Below, one piece after another: positions 10,525-20,876 of a DNA stretch of 64,000 nucleotides. Position 1 is the stretch's first letter; each line of letters starts with the position of its first letter. The translations under genes were made by a program, and so were the position numbers. Location: positions 32,001-96,000 of the IMG/VR virus record IMGVR_UViG_3300031992_000040. The stretch is one strand, 5' to 3'. The DNA comes from a virus. Lineage: Duplodnaviria > Caudoviricetes. The notes below the pieces were generated by a model that worked only from the letters and a program-made list of their open reading frames with translations, was not told the origin of the DNA and did not search any database.

Positions 10525-11565
10525 ATGATAGATGTTATTATTCCTGCGTATAATAGTCAGGATACAATTATAAGAACTTTAAGTAGTTTAGCAATGCAGC
10601 TAAATAGAGATGAATTAGTTGTAACAATAGTAAATGACGGGGGAAAAGATTATAAAGAAATAGTCGAAACTTTTAAACCATTACTTAATATTAAGGAAAT
10701 AGGATATAAAGAAAATAGAGGGCCTGGTTATGCCAGACAATATGGAATAGACCACACCAAGGAAGATTTTATAACTTTTATTGATGCGGATGATACTTTT
10801 TATGAGGCTTGTTCTTTATCTTTATTATCTAAACCAATGAAGGATACTTCAACTAAATTTATTATAAGCCCTTTTATACAGATTGGTAAAAATAATGAAC
10901 AGATGCCTATGCAAGCAAATCTTGTTTGGGTTTTCGGGCATATGTATAGAAGAAGTTTTCTAAAACAACATAACATAAGATTTACTTCGACTAGGGCAAA
11001 TGAAGATGTTGGATTTAATAATATGTGTTATTTAATAGCCCGTAATGATATGGGGGAAGAGGGAGGAAAAATACTTGGAACTCCAACTTATGAATGGCAT
11101 TTTAATCAAGCATCGATTACAAGGAGGGGTAAGGATGAATATGAGTATGGAATTTGCACTCCCGGTTATATTTATAATTTACACAACGCTTATAATGTAG
11201 CTCAAAGAGAGGGTGTTCCTTTGAAAATGATTGCGCCTTCTGCATTGGAAACTGCATTTAGTTGTTTTATATATTATAATGTAGCTTTAGCAAAAGGGGT
11301 TCCCGAAGAAACTTTGGAGGCAATAGAAGAACTTTCAAGAAAATTTTACTATGATTATTATAAACAAATACAGGAATATATTTCACAAGATGAATATAAG
11401 CAAATGTATACTAATTCTTATAATGGAAAAGGTTCACATTTGCAAGGAATTATTTTTAAAATGACATTAGACGATTTTATTAATTTAATGTTTAGCAAAC
11501 CAGTTAATGATACTACTTATGAGCAATTAGAAAAGAGTGTTCAAACGGTAGCTGAAAATTTATAA
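10525..11565 (+). CDS. Glycosyltransferase family 2 (GT-A)
   Basis: VIIPAYN, VNDG, N.GPG.AR..G, FIDADD (DxD), NED motifs. Confidence 0.9.
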   Translation: MIDVIIPAYNSQDTIIRTLSSLAMQLNRDELVVTIVNDGGKDYKEIVETFKPLLNIKEIGYKENRGPGYARQYGIDHTKEDFITFIDADDTFYEACSLSLLSKPMKDTSTKFIISPFIQIGKNNEQMPMQANLVWVFGHMYRRSFLKQHNIRFTSTRANEDVGFNNMCYLIARNDMGEEGGKILGTPTYEWHFNQASITRRGKDEYEYGICTPGYIYNLHNAYNVAQREGVPLKMIAPSALETAFSCFIYYNVALAKGVPEETLEAIEELSRKFYYDYYKQIQEYISQDEYKQMYTNSYNGKGSHLQGIIFKMTLDDFINLMFSKPVNDTTYEQLEKSVQTVAENL

Positions 11566-11589
11566 AAAAAATGAAGGGAGGAGTTCTTT

Positions 11590-13497
11590 TTGATATATCA
11601 ACCTAAAAACGTCCTACCAAAATCTGGTAGTGCCGTCAATAGTTCCGAAGATACTGTTATATCTATGGATATTCAGACGAACTCATATATAAATCAATAC
11701 ATTTTAAGTGTTTATGATAAGGGAGCAACAGGATGGAATGACACGCCGATATATGTTTATAATTCAGGAGAACTAACCTCTGATGAATATATATATAATA
11801 ACGAGACATTAACTATAACATTAGACCGAATGCTCGTTCCTTTTATAAATGGGGATATTTATGGTTGGAGTATTAGATTATTCCAACCAACCCCAAATAT
11901 TGTTGTTACTACTGGAACGATAGTTAGTGTAGAAGATTCTACTAATTATCATATACAAATGAATCCAAATATTAAAGTTGGTATGTGTATAAAAAGAGAA
12001 GGACTTGCGGCTCCAGTATCTACAATAAGTGCATATGATGTCGAAACGGGGGCTATAACTCTAAGTTCAATAGCTGACCCTTTTATTCAAGGAGAAGTCT
12101 ATCAAATAGTTTCTTTTTATATAGATACAACGCCTTTAAATGTATTTTATTATTGGCAGGAACCAACCATTGAAATAGAAGACGTTCCCGCAACAATTAC
12201 AACCAGAACGCATACTTTTCAGGGAACTTGTAATGACGACCAATCCCCTATTGTTTGGTATAAATTTGACCTTTATGAAGAGCAGGAGGATGGGACTTTT
12301 AAATTAATTGATTCTACGGGTGAAGTTTATTCTGCTCGTCTTAATTATACTTATGATTCGTTTATGTCAGAACAAACATATAAAATACAGATGACTATGC
12401 AAAATGATTTTGGACAAACGGTTTATTCTGATTTATATGAATTTAATGTTTCTTATGCTTTTATTGAATATTTACAGCAACCAGTTGCAACTTGTAATGC
12501 AAATCAAAATGCAATAAATGTTTCTTGGGCTGCTCCGGTCGAAAACGATGGTCGTTTAGCGCCTGTTTTAAAACCAGAGAGGGTTTTTACTTATGTTCCT
12601 TATACTACTACTAATGCCGGAGTTACATTTACTGCTTCGAATACTCGTATTGGGTTGTCTGGATATTCAACTGCTATGGAGCCGAGCGTTTCGATATCAT
12701 TAGATGGAGCGATGACTTTTTTAGCGAATAAAACTTATGAACTTAATCTTTTTGAAGAAGGAGATAAAACGAGCACAAATCCATCGATTTATCCAGTTTT
12801 ATATTTTCAAGATTCAAATTCTAATGTTAAATTACTTTTGAAACCTGGGGATTTTCCTTATACTTATACCCCAACAGAAGATGTTTCTATCTCCAAAATA
12901 ATGGTGTTGCCTGTTTATCACGTTACATATACGGATTATACGGCAAAAATAACTGTTAGAGAGGTGGTTCCAACGGAATCTCCCTCGGATGCTAAATATC
13001 TTTATAATACTCCTTTTAATGGGGTTAATAGCCTTTATACTGATAATTATGAAGTAATCTGGGAAAATGAAGATGGTCTTTGCACTCTTTCAAATGATTT
13101 TGATATTTCATTTGTTTTTAATTTAGATTCAGATTTCTTTATTGATTCGGATAATAATTCTATAGAAGAAGCTACTATTTTTGAAACAGAAGCAGATGTT
13201 TCAGCAGAAAATGATATGTCAAGCTTTGTTGTAAAAATAAATAAATATGATTTAATACTTGAAAGCGGAGATGCTGTTCTTTTAAGAAAAAATATTTTTG
13301 GAGGGAATATTTCTCAGGCATTTGTTTTAAGTAGCGTTCCTGAAGTAGACCAGTATAAAGATTATATATGGTCTGATACAGCAACTTGGGCTGATACATA
13401 TTATTGGGTAGAAGGATTAAGTTTCAACGATAGAATGTGTAATAAATGGTGGAAAGTTGAAATTAAACCAACTTCAATTAAAGCAATATTAATGTAG
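11590..13497 (+). CDS. Tail/baseplate-associated structural protein (Ig/Fn3-like domains)
   Basis: MIYQP start, beta-rich, acidic, in structural module. Confidence 0.6.
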   Translation: MIYQPKNVLPKSGSAVNSSEDTVISMDIQTNSYINQYILSVYDKGATGWNDTPIYVYNSGELTSDEYIYNNETLTITLDRMLVPFINGDIYGWSIRLFQPTPNIVVTTGTIVSVEDSTNYHIQMNPNIKVGMCIKREGLAAPVSTISAYDVETGAITLSSIADPFIQGEVYQIVSFYIDTTPLNVFYYWQEPTIEIEDVPATITTRTHTFQGTCNDDQSPIVWYKFDLYEEQEDGTFKLIDSTGEVYSARLNYTYDSFMSEQTYKIQMTMQNDFGQTVYSDLYEFNVSYAFIEYLQQPVATCNANQNAINVSWAAPVENDGRLAPVLKPERVFTYVPYTTTNAGVTFTASNTRIGLSGYSTAMEPSVSISLDGAMTFLANKTYELNLFEEGDKTSTNPSIYPVLYFQDSNSNVKLLLKPGDFPYTYTPTEDVSISKIMVLPVYHVTYTDYTAKITVREVVPTESPSDAKYLYNTPFNGVNSLYTDNYEVIWENEDGLCTLSNDFDISFVFNLDSDFFIDSDNNSIEEATIFETEADVSAENDMSSFVVKINKYDLILESGDAVLLRKNIFGGNISQAFVLSSVPEVDQYKDYIWSDTATWADTYYWVEGLSFNDRMCNKWWKVEIKPTSIKAILM

Positions 13498-13509
13498 AGG
13501 GGTGATTGA

Positions 13510-14358
13510 ATGATAAAAAAAATAAAATTAAATAAAAGTGTTAAATTAGACTTTTTGCATATAAAAGAAGGCTCTAATTCTGATGATAATATTTTCTCTA
13601 ATAATCAATATATCCCCTCTTTAAGTGTCGATTCTCGTTTTTTAGTTAAATTTGAGGATACAACGCTAATTGCTCACGGAATTTCTAATTTGGCATTAGG
13701 TAATACTTTTAGTGTTTACAAAAAAGTTAATAATGATTTAGAACTTATTTATGTATCTAGGATAGACGATGGATATTTATCTGTCACAGATTATAAGGTA
13801 GCAAATAATAGAAAGTATCAATATTATATATTTAAAGAAACGGCAACTGCTATGTCTCAAGCTGTTTTATCAAATGATGTTGTAATAGATTGGTATGATT
13901 GGAGTATTATTGATGTTGCCCCAAGTCTAACAGATAAAAATTTATATTATGCAAATCCTTCTTCTATGTGGAAATTAACATTAAATCTTTCTAGTGATTC
14001 AACAACACAAAATATGAATACTACCGTATATCAAACATTGGCTCAATTTCCAAAAGTTTCTACTTCTAGCAATAATTATTCTAGCGGTGGATTATCTTGT
14101 TTATTGGGTAGTGTAGAAAAAATTGGGGCTAACACTGCTGATTATAATGAACCTTTTAATAAAATAAAAGAGTGGAATAAATTTTGTTCTAATGGAAATC
14201 TAAAACTTTTAAAAGACAGAAGAGGAAATGTTCGTTTGGTTATGATAACAGATACGAGTTCTGAAATTGATGACGTAGTAACTCAACAACCGACTACAAT
14301 ATCTTTTTCCTGGGTTGAAGTTGAAGATATGGATAAAATTTCTGTAATAGGTGTATAA
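13510..14358 (+). CDS. Putative tail component
   Basis: Context; C-terminal KLLKDRRG...ISFSWVEV segment resembling tail-module proteins. Confidence 0.55.
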   Translation: MIKKIKLNKSVKLDFLHIKEGSNSDDNIFSNNQYIPSLSVDSRFLVKFEDTTLIAHGISNLALGNTFSVYKKVNNDLELIYVSRIDDGYLSVTDYKVANNRKYQYYIFKETATAMSQAVLSNDVVIDWYDWSIIDVAPSLTDKNLYYANPSSMWKLTLNLSSDSTTQNMNTTVYQTLAQFPKVSTSSNNYSSGGLSCLLGSVEKIGANTADYNEPFNKIKEWNKFCSNGNLKLLKDRRGNVRLVMITDTSSEIDDVVTQQPTTISFSWVEVEDMDKISVIGV

Positions 14359-15620
14359 TGTCAACATATAATAGGAATGCTTTAGCGGATTCAAATAATA
14401 ATATACTTTGGAACAAATTTGGAGAGGTTCTTAGGTTAGTAGATAGTGAAGATATATCTATGGATTATCTTGAAAGTGTTTTGCAAAGACCAAATATAAA
14501 AACCAGATATAGATTACTTCTTTTAAATCCGGATGAAAGTGTAAATTATGAAATTCCACAAGAAGATATAATAATAAATTCTGGTAGTTTTACAGAGAAT
14601 TATCAGAGTGGACAAAGAAAAAGTTTGACAATAGACTTGGTTAATACTGATGGAAAATATACCCCAAGTATAAATTCAATTTGGGTTCATAATAGATTAA
14701 GATTGGACGTTGGATTAGAATTTGATGGAAATCTTTATTGGTTTCCTCGTGGTGTTTATATCTTAAATAATCCTACTGATTATCATATTCTTTCTGACAA
14801 AAAAATATCTTTGTCTCTTTCTGATAAATTTGCGATTTTTGAAGGAAAATCTGGAACATTAGAGACTACTTATGAAATTCCAGTTGATTCAGATATTGAG
14901 GGAGTAATAAAAGGTATTCTTGGTATGGATAGTGGTTCTGGATATCCTTTAGATTCAAAACCCATTTTTTATGATAATAATTTATCTGGTATAAAAATGC
15001 CTTATACTTTAACTAAGGATGCTGGAAGCACTTTCGGGGAAATATTGTTAGAAATAGGTGTAATATTAAATGCGGAATTATATTATAATTCACAAGGTAA
15101 TTTTTGTGTTGTGGCAATTAATGAAACTTCTGATGATTATCAGAAAGCTTCGATGTGGGACTACGAAGAAGGAAAAAATGATTATTTTGATTCTAATATT
15201 AATTATGATTTTGAAAATGCTGTTAATGAAATACACGTTGTAGGAGATAACATATTGAATGATTTATTTTATGCAAAAGCCGTTAATGATAACCCTTTAT
15301 CTCCAATATGTGTTCAAAGAGTTGGAAGAAGAATAGATTATATAAATGATTCTGGAATATATAGCGATGATTTGGCAAAACAAAGAGCACAATATGAGTT
15401 GAGAAAAAAGATGATTTTGGGAACCATACTTAACGTAAGTGTGGCTTTTAATCCTTTATTGTTTGTAAATAATATAGTGACTATAACAGATTCACATTAC
15501 AAAATAAAAAAAGAAAGATATATAATACAATCCATTTCTTATACTTTAGGAAACGATAGCGTGATGAGTTTATCTTGTTCTAATGTTAATGAAAGGGTTA
15601 ATAGCGTATTACAAATGTAA
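14358..15620 (+). CDS. Tail hub/baseplate protein (DUF5048-like)
   Basis: Tail-hub-like features (GVY, N.I.VVG, LA..RA.YEL); context. Confidence 0.6.
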   Translation: MSTYNRNALADSNNNILWNKFGEVLRLVDSEDISMDYLESVLQRPNIKTRYRLLLLNPDESVNYEIPQEDIIINSGSFTENYQSGQRKSLTIDLVNTDGKYTPSINSIWVHNRLRLDVGLEFDGNLYWFPRGVYILNNPTDYHILSDKKISLSLSDKFAIFEGKSGTLETTYEIPVDSDIEGVIKGILGMDSGSGYPLDSKPIFYDNNLSGIKMPYTLTKDAGSTFGEILLEIGVILNAELYYNSQGNFCVVAINETSDDYQKASMWDYEEGKNDYFDSNINYDFENAVNEIHVVGDNILNDLFYAKAVNDNPLSPICVQRVGRRIDYINDSGIYSDDLAKQRAQYELRKKMILGTILNVSVAFNPLLFVNNIVTITDSHYKIKKERYIIQSISYTLGNDSVMSLSCSNVNERVNSVLQM

Positions 15621-15632
15621 AGAAGGTGTTGT

Positions 15633-16934
15633 ATGGATTTTAATTCTAATGAAACAGTCGAATTTAAAAAGACTATAGAAGATATAGTTTCGGCACAATT
15701 TTATAGAGAAGGAGTCACAAAATATGTTGCTGCAAAAATCACTGCGGTTAATTCAGATGGCACCTTCAATGCAATAATTCCGCCTGACGATGAAGTAGAA
15801 GTCGTTGGGCTTTTAAATAAATCTAATGATGCTTTACAAGTGGGGGATTCTGTAGAGCTTGTAACAAAAAATGGAAAGCTTTCTAATGCGTGGATAAGCG
15901 CGAAACATAAAAAAAATCATTTTGGATTTACTTATTCTCCCGATGGTCAGAATAGAGGATTATTTGATTATGATGTTAATGATTGGATTTATTATAAGTC
16001 GCAAGATAATAATTTAAACATTCCTTATTTGGCAGATACAAAAAAAAGAAGAAGTTTCTTTTTACAGAATCATTCGCGTGATGATGCTCCAAGTTATTAT
16101 TTAATAGCAAAATTACCAGTAAGCAATACGAGCAATAGGGCAAGCGTTGTTATATCTGGTTTATTTGGGGGGTATTCTTCTAATACTCAGGCATATATGG
16201 ATTTATTGATAGGTAACAGAGACAGATTTACTGTAAGTTTAATGTATACAGGAGATTCTTCTGCGTTTAATTATACTACAGTGGAAGTTTATGAGCAAAC
16301 GAATGGGGAATATTGGATATATGTAAAGAGGATACAAAGATATACTACGGATACAATTTTTGATATTGTAGCTTCTCAGGCGGAACTTATTTGTTCTACA
16401 ACTCCAACCACGCCTTCTGGAAATTTAATAAAAACAGTTGGAGCTGGAGATGCTTCTGGCGGAGGAGGAAGCACGGATGTTTCAAGGGCTTATCCCGTTG
16501 GTTCAATTTATTTGACTACTTCGTCTACAAATCCCGCAACATTGTTTGGTTTTGGAACCTGGCAACAAGTTTCTCAAGGAAGAGTTTTAATTGGTGTTGG
16601 AACTGGAAATGATGGAAATACTTCTAGGACATATGCTTCTGGAGACACTGGAGGAGAGTATACTCATAAACTTACTCTTTCGGAATGTGCTTCACATCAA
16701 CATAACCCCGATACATCTTCTTGGGGATTTTTAGCTTATGTTCCTGGAGACGTAGAAAGAGTTAGGGTTGGGACTAATACGAGTGGTCGATATGCATTTT
16801 TAAGTGTAGCAGCAAGCTCAGCAGATGCTTCAGGGTTAAAATATGCAGGAAAAACAGATTCACGAGGTGGTAATGGATATCACAATAATATTCAGCCATA
16901 CTATGCGGTGTATATATGGCGTAGAACGGCTTAA
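15633..16934 (+). CDS. Baseplate/tail fibre protein with Gp10-like C-terminal domain
   Basis: YPVGSIY...NP..LFG.GTW, GGE..H.LT..E, HNNIQPY..VYIW.RTA motifs. Confidence 0.8.
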   Translation: MDFNSNETVEFKKTIEDIVSAQFYREGVTKYVAAKITAVNSDGTFNAIIPPDDEVEVVGLLNKSNDALQVGDSVELVTKNGKLSNAWISAKHKKNHFGFTYSPDGQNRGLFDYDVNDWIYYKSQDNNLNIPYLADTKKRRSFFLQNHSRDDAPSYYLIAKLPVSNTSNRASVVISGLFGGYSSNTQAYMDLLIGNRDRFTVSLMYTGDSSAFNYTTVEVYEQTNGEYWIYVKRIQRYTTDTIFDIVASQAELICSTTPTTPSGNLIKTVGAGDASGGGGSTDVSRAYPVGSIYLTTSSTNPATLFGFGTWQQVSQGRVLIGVGTGNDGNTSRTYASGDTGGEYTHKLTLSECASHQHNPDTSSWGFLAYVPGDVERVRVGTNTSGRYAFLSVAASSADASGLKYAGKTDSRGGNGYHNNIQPYYAVYIWRRTA

Positions 16935-16948
16935 AAGGAGGTAATTAT

Positions 16949-17353
16949 ATGGCACAAAAAATTTTAAATAATGGTATGACCGGTGCTGCATTTAGAGGAG
17001 CTTTAAATGATAATTTTACAGAATTATATTCTTCAAGAGTTCCAATAAATCATGCGGTATCTGCAACTACATACGGTGTTGGAACAACATCTAATTATGG
17101 GCACGTTAAAGTTACTGCTCAAAATGGTCTATCTATAACTTCTGGAACAATAGCTATGGCCGCAGCATCTACTTCTCAAATTGGAGCCGTTCAATTAGTA
17201 GATGATGCTTTGACCAATGATTCTACTAAGGCTGCTACTGCCGCTGCTTTAAAAGGGGTTAAGGATAGCGCTATTTTAACTTATAGTGGAACTTCAGACC
17301 CAAGTTCTTCTTTGGGAAAAAATGGAGATATATATATAAAATTATCTTCATAA
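16949..17353 (+). CDS. Short tail-fibre-repeat protein
   Basis: YGHVK, AST...G.VQL, AAT..ALK, GKNGDIYIK motifs. Confidence 0.7.
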   Translation: MAQKILNNGMTGAAFRGALNDNFTELYSSRVPINHAVSATTYGVGTTSNYGHVKVTAQNGLSITSGTIAMAAASTSQIGAVQLVDDALTNDSTKAATAAALKGVKDSAILTYSGTSDPSSSLGKNGDIYIKLSS

Positions 17354-17368
17354 AGGAGTTGATTTTTT

Positions 17369-17581
17369 ATGAAAAGAATAATAAAAAAAATTTGGAATAA
17401 TAGAATTTTTAGAACTTTTTTGCAAACATTTTTAAGCACAATTTTTGTATATTTTAGTTCAAATGAAATATTTAATTTTGATATGAGTGCATTAAGAGCT
17501 TTATTTATCAGTGCATTAGCAACTGGTTTAGCAGCTATAATGCCTCTTTTTAATATTGATGAAAATAAGGAGGAAGAATAA
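17369..17581 (+). CDS. Holin
   Basis: 70 aa, two TM segments, RTFLQ motif, upstream of endolysin. Confidence 0.8.
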   Translation: MKRIIKKIWNNRIFRTFLQTFLSTIFVYFSSNEIFNFDMSALRALFISALATGLAAIMPLFNIDENKEEE

Positions 17582-17676
17582 TGGATATTAATGAAGAAAT
17601 CTTAGAAGAAGAATTTGTAGAAGTAATCGGAGATTCAGATGAAGTTATAACAGAAGTAGAAGAAGAGGTGGAGTAA
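17581..17676 (+). CDS. 31-aa highly acidic peptide (not in ORF track)
   Basis: ATG overlaps holin stop; AAGGAGG upstream; MDINEEILEEEFVEVIGDSDEVITEVEEEVE. Confidence 0.55.
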   Translation: MDINEEILEEEFVEVIGDSDEVITEVEEEVE

Positions 17677-17677
17677 T

Positions 17678-18655
17678 ATGGCATATGTAATGAAAGCAGC
17701 GGATTTTGTTAAAAAAGCAAAAGATGTTGCAACTAAATATAAAACATTATATGTTTATGCTTGTTTTGGAGCACCAATGAACCCCACTAATAAAAAAAGA
17801 TATTGCAATAATTCAGCTTATAACAAACAAGCAGCTAGAACAAAAAAAATAATGGCTGCATCCGCAGATACTTTTGGATTTGATTGTGTAAATTTATTAA
17901 AAGGGCTATTGTGGGGATGGTCTGGAAATAAAAATGCTACATATGGAGGAGCAAGATATGCTTCAAATGGTGTTCCCGATGTTAATGCTAATGATATGTT
18001 TAAAAAATATTGCACTAATAGAACATCAAATTTTAAAAATATAGCCGTTGGGGAATTTGTATGGATGAATGGACATATCGGCGTTTATATTGGTAATGGA
18101 CTTGCAGTAGAATGCACTCCTATTTGGAAAGATGGAGTTCAAATTACTGCCGTTGGAAATATTGGTAAAAAATCTGGGTATAATACTAGAACTTGGACAG
18201 AACACGGAAAAAGTATATTTTTAGATTATTCTACTCCAGCACCTACACCAACTCCAACACCCGCACCAACTCCTAGTCAGAAATTTAAGATAGGAGATAA
18301 AGTTATAATAAATGGTTATTTATATGTAAGTTCAAATGCAGCAAAACCATCTGGAACTGTTAAAAATAAAAAAACCAAAATAACCAGATATGCAAAGGGA
18401 GCAAAGCATCCTTATAATACTACCGGAGATTTAGGATGGATGAATGAAGCAGATATTAAACTTGATAACGCTACATCTTCTCCTGTTTCAACGAAACCAA
18501 AAGAAACAATATATGTTGTTCAAAAGGGCGATACTTTAACAAGTATAGCAAAAAAATATAATACAACTTGGCAAAAGATATATGCAAAAAATAAATTTAT
18601 AATTGGAAATAATCCTAATATAATTAAAGTTGGACAAAAATTAACGATAGTATAG
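17678..18655 (+). CDS. Endolysin: NlpC/P60-like catalytic domain, Pro-Thr linker, SH3-like domain, LysM
   Basis: FDC..L...GHIG.Y catalytic Cys/His; PTPTPTP linker; YVVQKGDTL..IA..Y LysM. Confidence 0.9.
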   Translation: MAYVMKAADFVKKAKDVATKYKTLYVYACFGAPMNPTNKKRYCNNSAYNKQAARTKKIMAASADTFGFDCVNLLKGLLWGWSGNKNATYGGARYASNGVPDVNANDMFKKYCTNRTSNFKNIAVGEFVWMNGHIGVYIGNGLAVECTPIWKDGVQITAVGNIGKKSGYNTRTWTEHGKSIFLDYSTPAPTPTPTPAPTPSQKFKIGDKVIINGYLYVSSNAAKPSGTVKNKKTKITRYAKGAKHPYNTTGDLGWMNEADIKLDNATSSPVSTKPKETIYVVQKGDTLTSIAKKYNTTWQKIYAKNKFIIGNNPNIIKVGQKLTIV

Positions 18656-18667
18656 AGAGGTGATTAG

Positions 18668-19738
18668 ATGGCGGTAACTGTTTGGGAAAAGAAAAAAATA
18701 TATACTTATTCAAGTAGTGCAACAAACACTATTTATTCTAAATGCGAAATAACCTCTCAGTCTCGTAATGCTGCCACACAGAGCTTTACCGTTAAAATAA
18801 CAATGTGGGTTGAGACAACCGGAACAGGAACTTTTTATAATGACAAGTGGACTTGTGATATCACTGTCGGTGGTAAATCCATTAAGACAGGTTTACAAAT
18901 AAAAGGAACTACTTCCGGAAATATCGCAGGCACTAGATATAATAATAGCGCTTCTGGAAGTGTTACGGTTAGTGGAACTACTGGAACATTAAATATTAGT
19001 GTAACGCATAAAAACGGAACAACGGGCAGCAAACTCGGAGATGCATCTGGAAGTTTTGCCATAAATCCTTTGCCTTATGTTACGTTGGCTTCGAGTAGTA
19101 AAACAGATACAACGGCCACTTTAACTTATTCATCTTCAACTATAAGTCCTTCTAAGGTTGCTGTTTATCAAAATGGAACGAAAATAAAAGAAGTTACATC
19201 TTCTCCATTTACTATGACTGGATTAAGTCCATCAACAACTTATAAATTTAAGGGTTATGGTTATGGAAACGGAGATTGGGGTTCAAATGCCAATGAATTA
19301 AATGTTACAACGTATAGACAGACAGTTCAAATTTCTAATGTAACTATTGGTAATTTATTATATAATTCGGCAACAGTAACTCCAACCTTTAATAATGCTT
19401 CAAATGTTGAGACGGTAAGATATAAGTTATATTCTAGTGATGGTTCATTATTGGGAACTTATACTTATTCAACAACATCGCCAATAGCCTTCACTTTATC
19501 AGAGCAACAAAGTTATTATTTTGTTATTGATGCATCAACAAAAGACTCTGGTGTGTGGTCAAATGCTTATACAACTCCTGTCTTTACAACACCTGCTGAC
19601 CAGGCATCTGCATATATAAAGGTAAATGGGTCTTGGCAAAAAGGGAAAGTTTGGATAAAAGTTAATGGAACGTGGCAAAAAGCCAAAGATTTCTATATAA
19701 AAAAGAATGATTCTTGGCAGAAAGGGGTTAATCAATAG
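18668..19738 (+). CDS. Fn3-domain virion protein
   Basis: Thr/Ser-rich, TGLSPSTTY Fn3 motif, C-terminal triple IK.NG.WQK repeat. Confidence 0.65.
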   Translation: MAVTVWEKKKIYTYSSSATNTIYSKCEITSQSRNAATQSFTVKITMWVETTGTGTFYNDKWTCDITVGGKSIKTGLQIKGTTSGNIAGTRYNNSASGSVTVSGTTGTLNISVTHKNGTTGSKLGDASGSFAINPLPYVTLASSSKTDTTATLTYSSSTISPSKVAVYQNGTKIKEVTSSPFTMTGLSPSTTYKFKGYGYGNGDWGSNANELNVTTYRQTVQISNVTIGNLLYNSATVTPTFNNASNVETVRYKLYSSDGSLLGTYTYSTTSPIAFTLSEQQSYYFVIDASTKDSGVWSNAYTTPVFTTPADQASAYIKVNGSWQKGKVWIKVNGTWQKAKDFYIKKNDSWQKGVNQ

Positions 19739-19770
19739 AGTAGATTTTAAATAAGTCTACTCTTTTTTTT
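19737..19770 (+). terminator. Intrinsic terminator ending late module
   Basis: AGAGTAGA.. / ..TCTACTCT stem followed by a T tract. Confidence 0.8.
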
Positions 19771-19871
19771 ACCGCATTATTTTTTTAAAAAAGACTTGTA
19801 ATTGACCTCTGGTTATGTTATCTTGATATTAATATTGATGGTATTGTGACCATAAAAACGAGGTGATTTTT

Positions 19872-20870
19872 ATGAGAAGAATTTATTTTGACAATGCGGC
19901 GACAACACCCATAGAAAAGTCTGTATGGAAGTGTATGAAGCCGTTTTTTGTTAGCATATATGGAAACCCTAGTAGTGCTCATAACGAGGGCAGACGAGCT
20001 CATTTCTATGTTGAGAGCTCTCGAAATAATATTGCAGAACTTTTGAAATGCAAACCAGAAGAAATATTCTTCACGAGCGGAGCAAGCGAATCTAATTCTT
20101 GGATTTCAAAAAATTTATGCTATTGGTGTGACCCTTGGTCTCACGATTCTATGAAGATGGCAAATAAAAAAAATGATGCAAAAGTTAAAGCTCATTCATT
20201 CCCCTTGGTGGACAGCGAAATGGGACAAAAGACTAAGTTTTCAGATAAAGATTTTTTTGTTCATTTAGATTTAACTCAAGCCATAGGGAAAGTAGATATT
20301 GATTTATCTAATTCTTTAATTGGTTCGGCTTCGTTTAGTGCTCATAAATTTGGAGGCCCGAAGGGTGTGGGCGTTTTATATATAAATAGCTTATTACAAA
20401 AAAGAATAGAACCTTTAATCTATGGTCATCAAGAAAGAGGATTGCGTGGGGGGACAGAAAATGTTCCTGGTATTGTTGGTATGGCAGAAGCTTTAAGGTT
20501 AGCCATAGAAAATAAAGATAAAAATATAGCTAAAATAAAAAAGGTTAGAGATGCTATTTTAAGTAGAATATCAAGAAATAATAAGATAGAAGTATATTCT
20601 TCATCGAATATTATAAATATAAAATTCAAACATTTAAAAGCATATAGTGCTGTGCAGATTTTTAATCAATATGGAATTGATATTTCTGCGGGGAGTGCTT
20701 GCAATTCTGGTTCTGATGAACCATCGGAGTCATTAACCTCTAGGGGCTTTACAGAAGATGAGGCTTTAAGGACAATAAGAATATCTCTCAGTCATCATAA
20801 TACTGTTCGGGAAGCAAAAAAATTCTGCAAAATATTAAACAGAATAATTGACACCTATGATAAAGAATAG
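19872..20870 (+). CDS. iscS: Cysteine desulfurase (IscS/NifS-like, class V PLP enzyme), shortened
   Basis: YFDNAATTP, GNPSS.H, FTSGASE, SAHKFGGPKGVG, GGTENV, SAGSAC. Confidence 0.85.
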   Translation: MRRIYFDNAATTPIEKSVWKCMKPFFVSIYGNPSSAHNEGRRAHFYVESSRNNIAELLKCKPEEIFFTSGASESNSWISKNLCYWCDPWSHDSMKMANKKNDAKVKAHSFPLVDSEMGQKTKFSDKDFFVHLDLTQAIGKVDIDLSNSLIGSASFSAHKFGGPKGVGVLYINSLLQKRIEPLIYGHQERGLRGGTENVPGIVGMAEALRLAIENKDKNIAKIKKVRDAILSRISRNNKIEVYSSSNIINIKFKHLKAYSAVQIFNQYGIDISAGSACNSGSDEPSESLTSRGFTEDEALRTIRISLSHHNTVREAKKFCKILNRIIDTYDKE

Positions 20871-20876
20871 TATAAT
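20848..20876 (+). promoter_or_regulatory. Consensus sigmaA promoter for replication module
   Basis: TTGACA-17 nt-TATAAT. Confidence 0.85.

Noticed and set aside
18231-18275. CCAACACC-type tandem repeats
   Set aside because: They encode the Pro-Thr linker of the endolysin
19872-20870. dnd/ssp phosphorothioation cluster
   Set aside because: No DndB-E or Ssp homologs recognisable in the window
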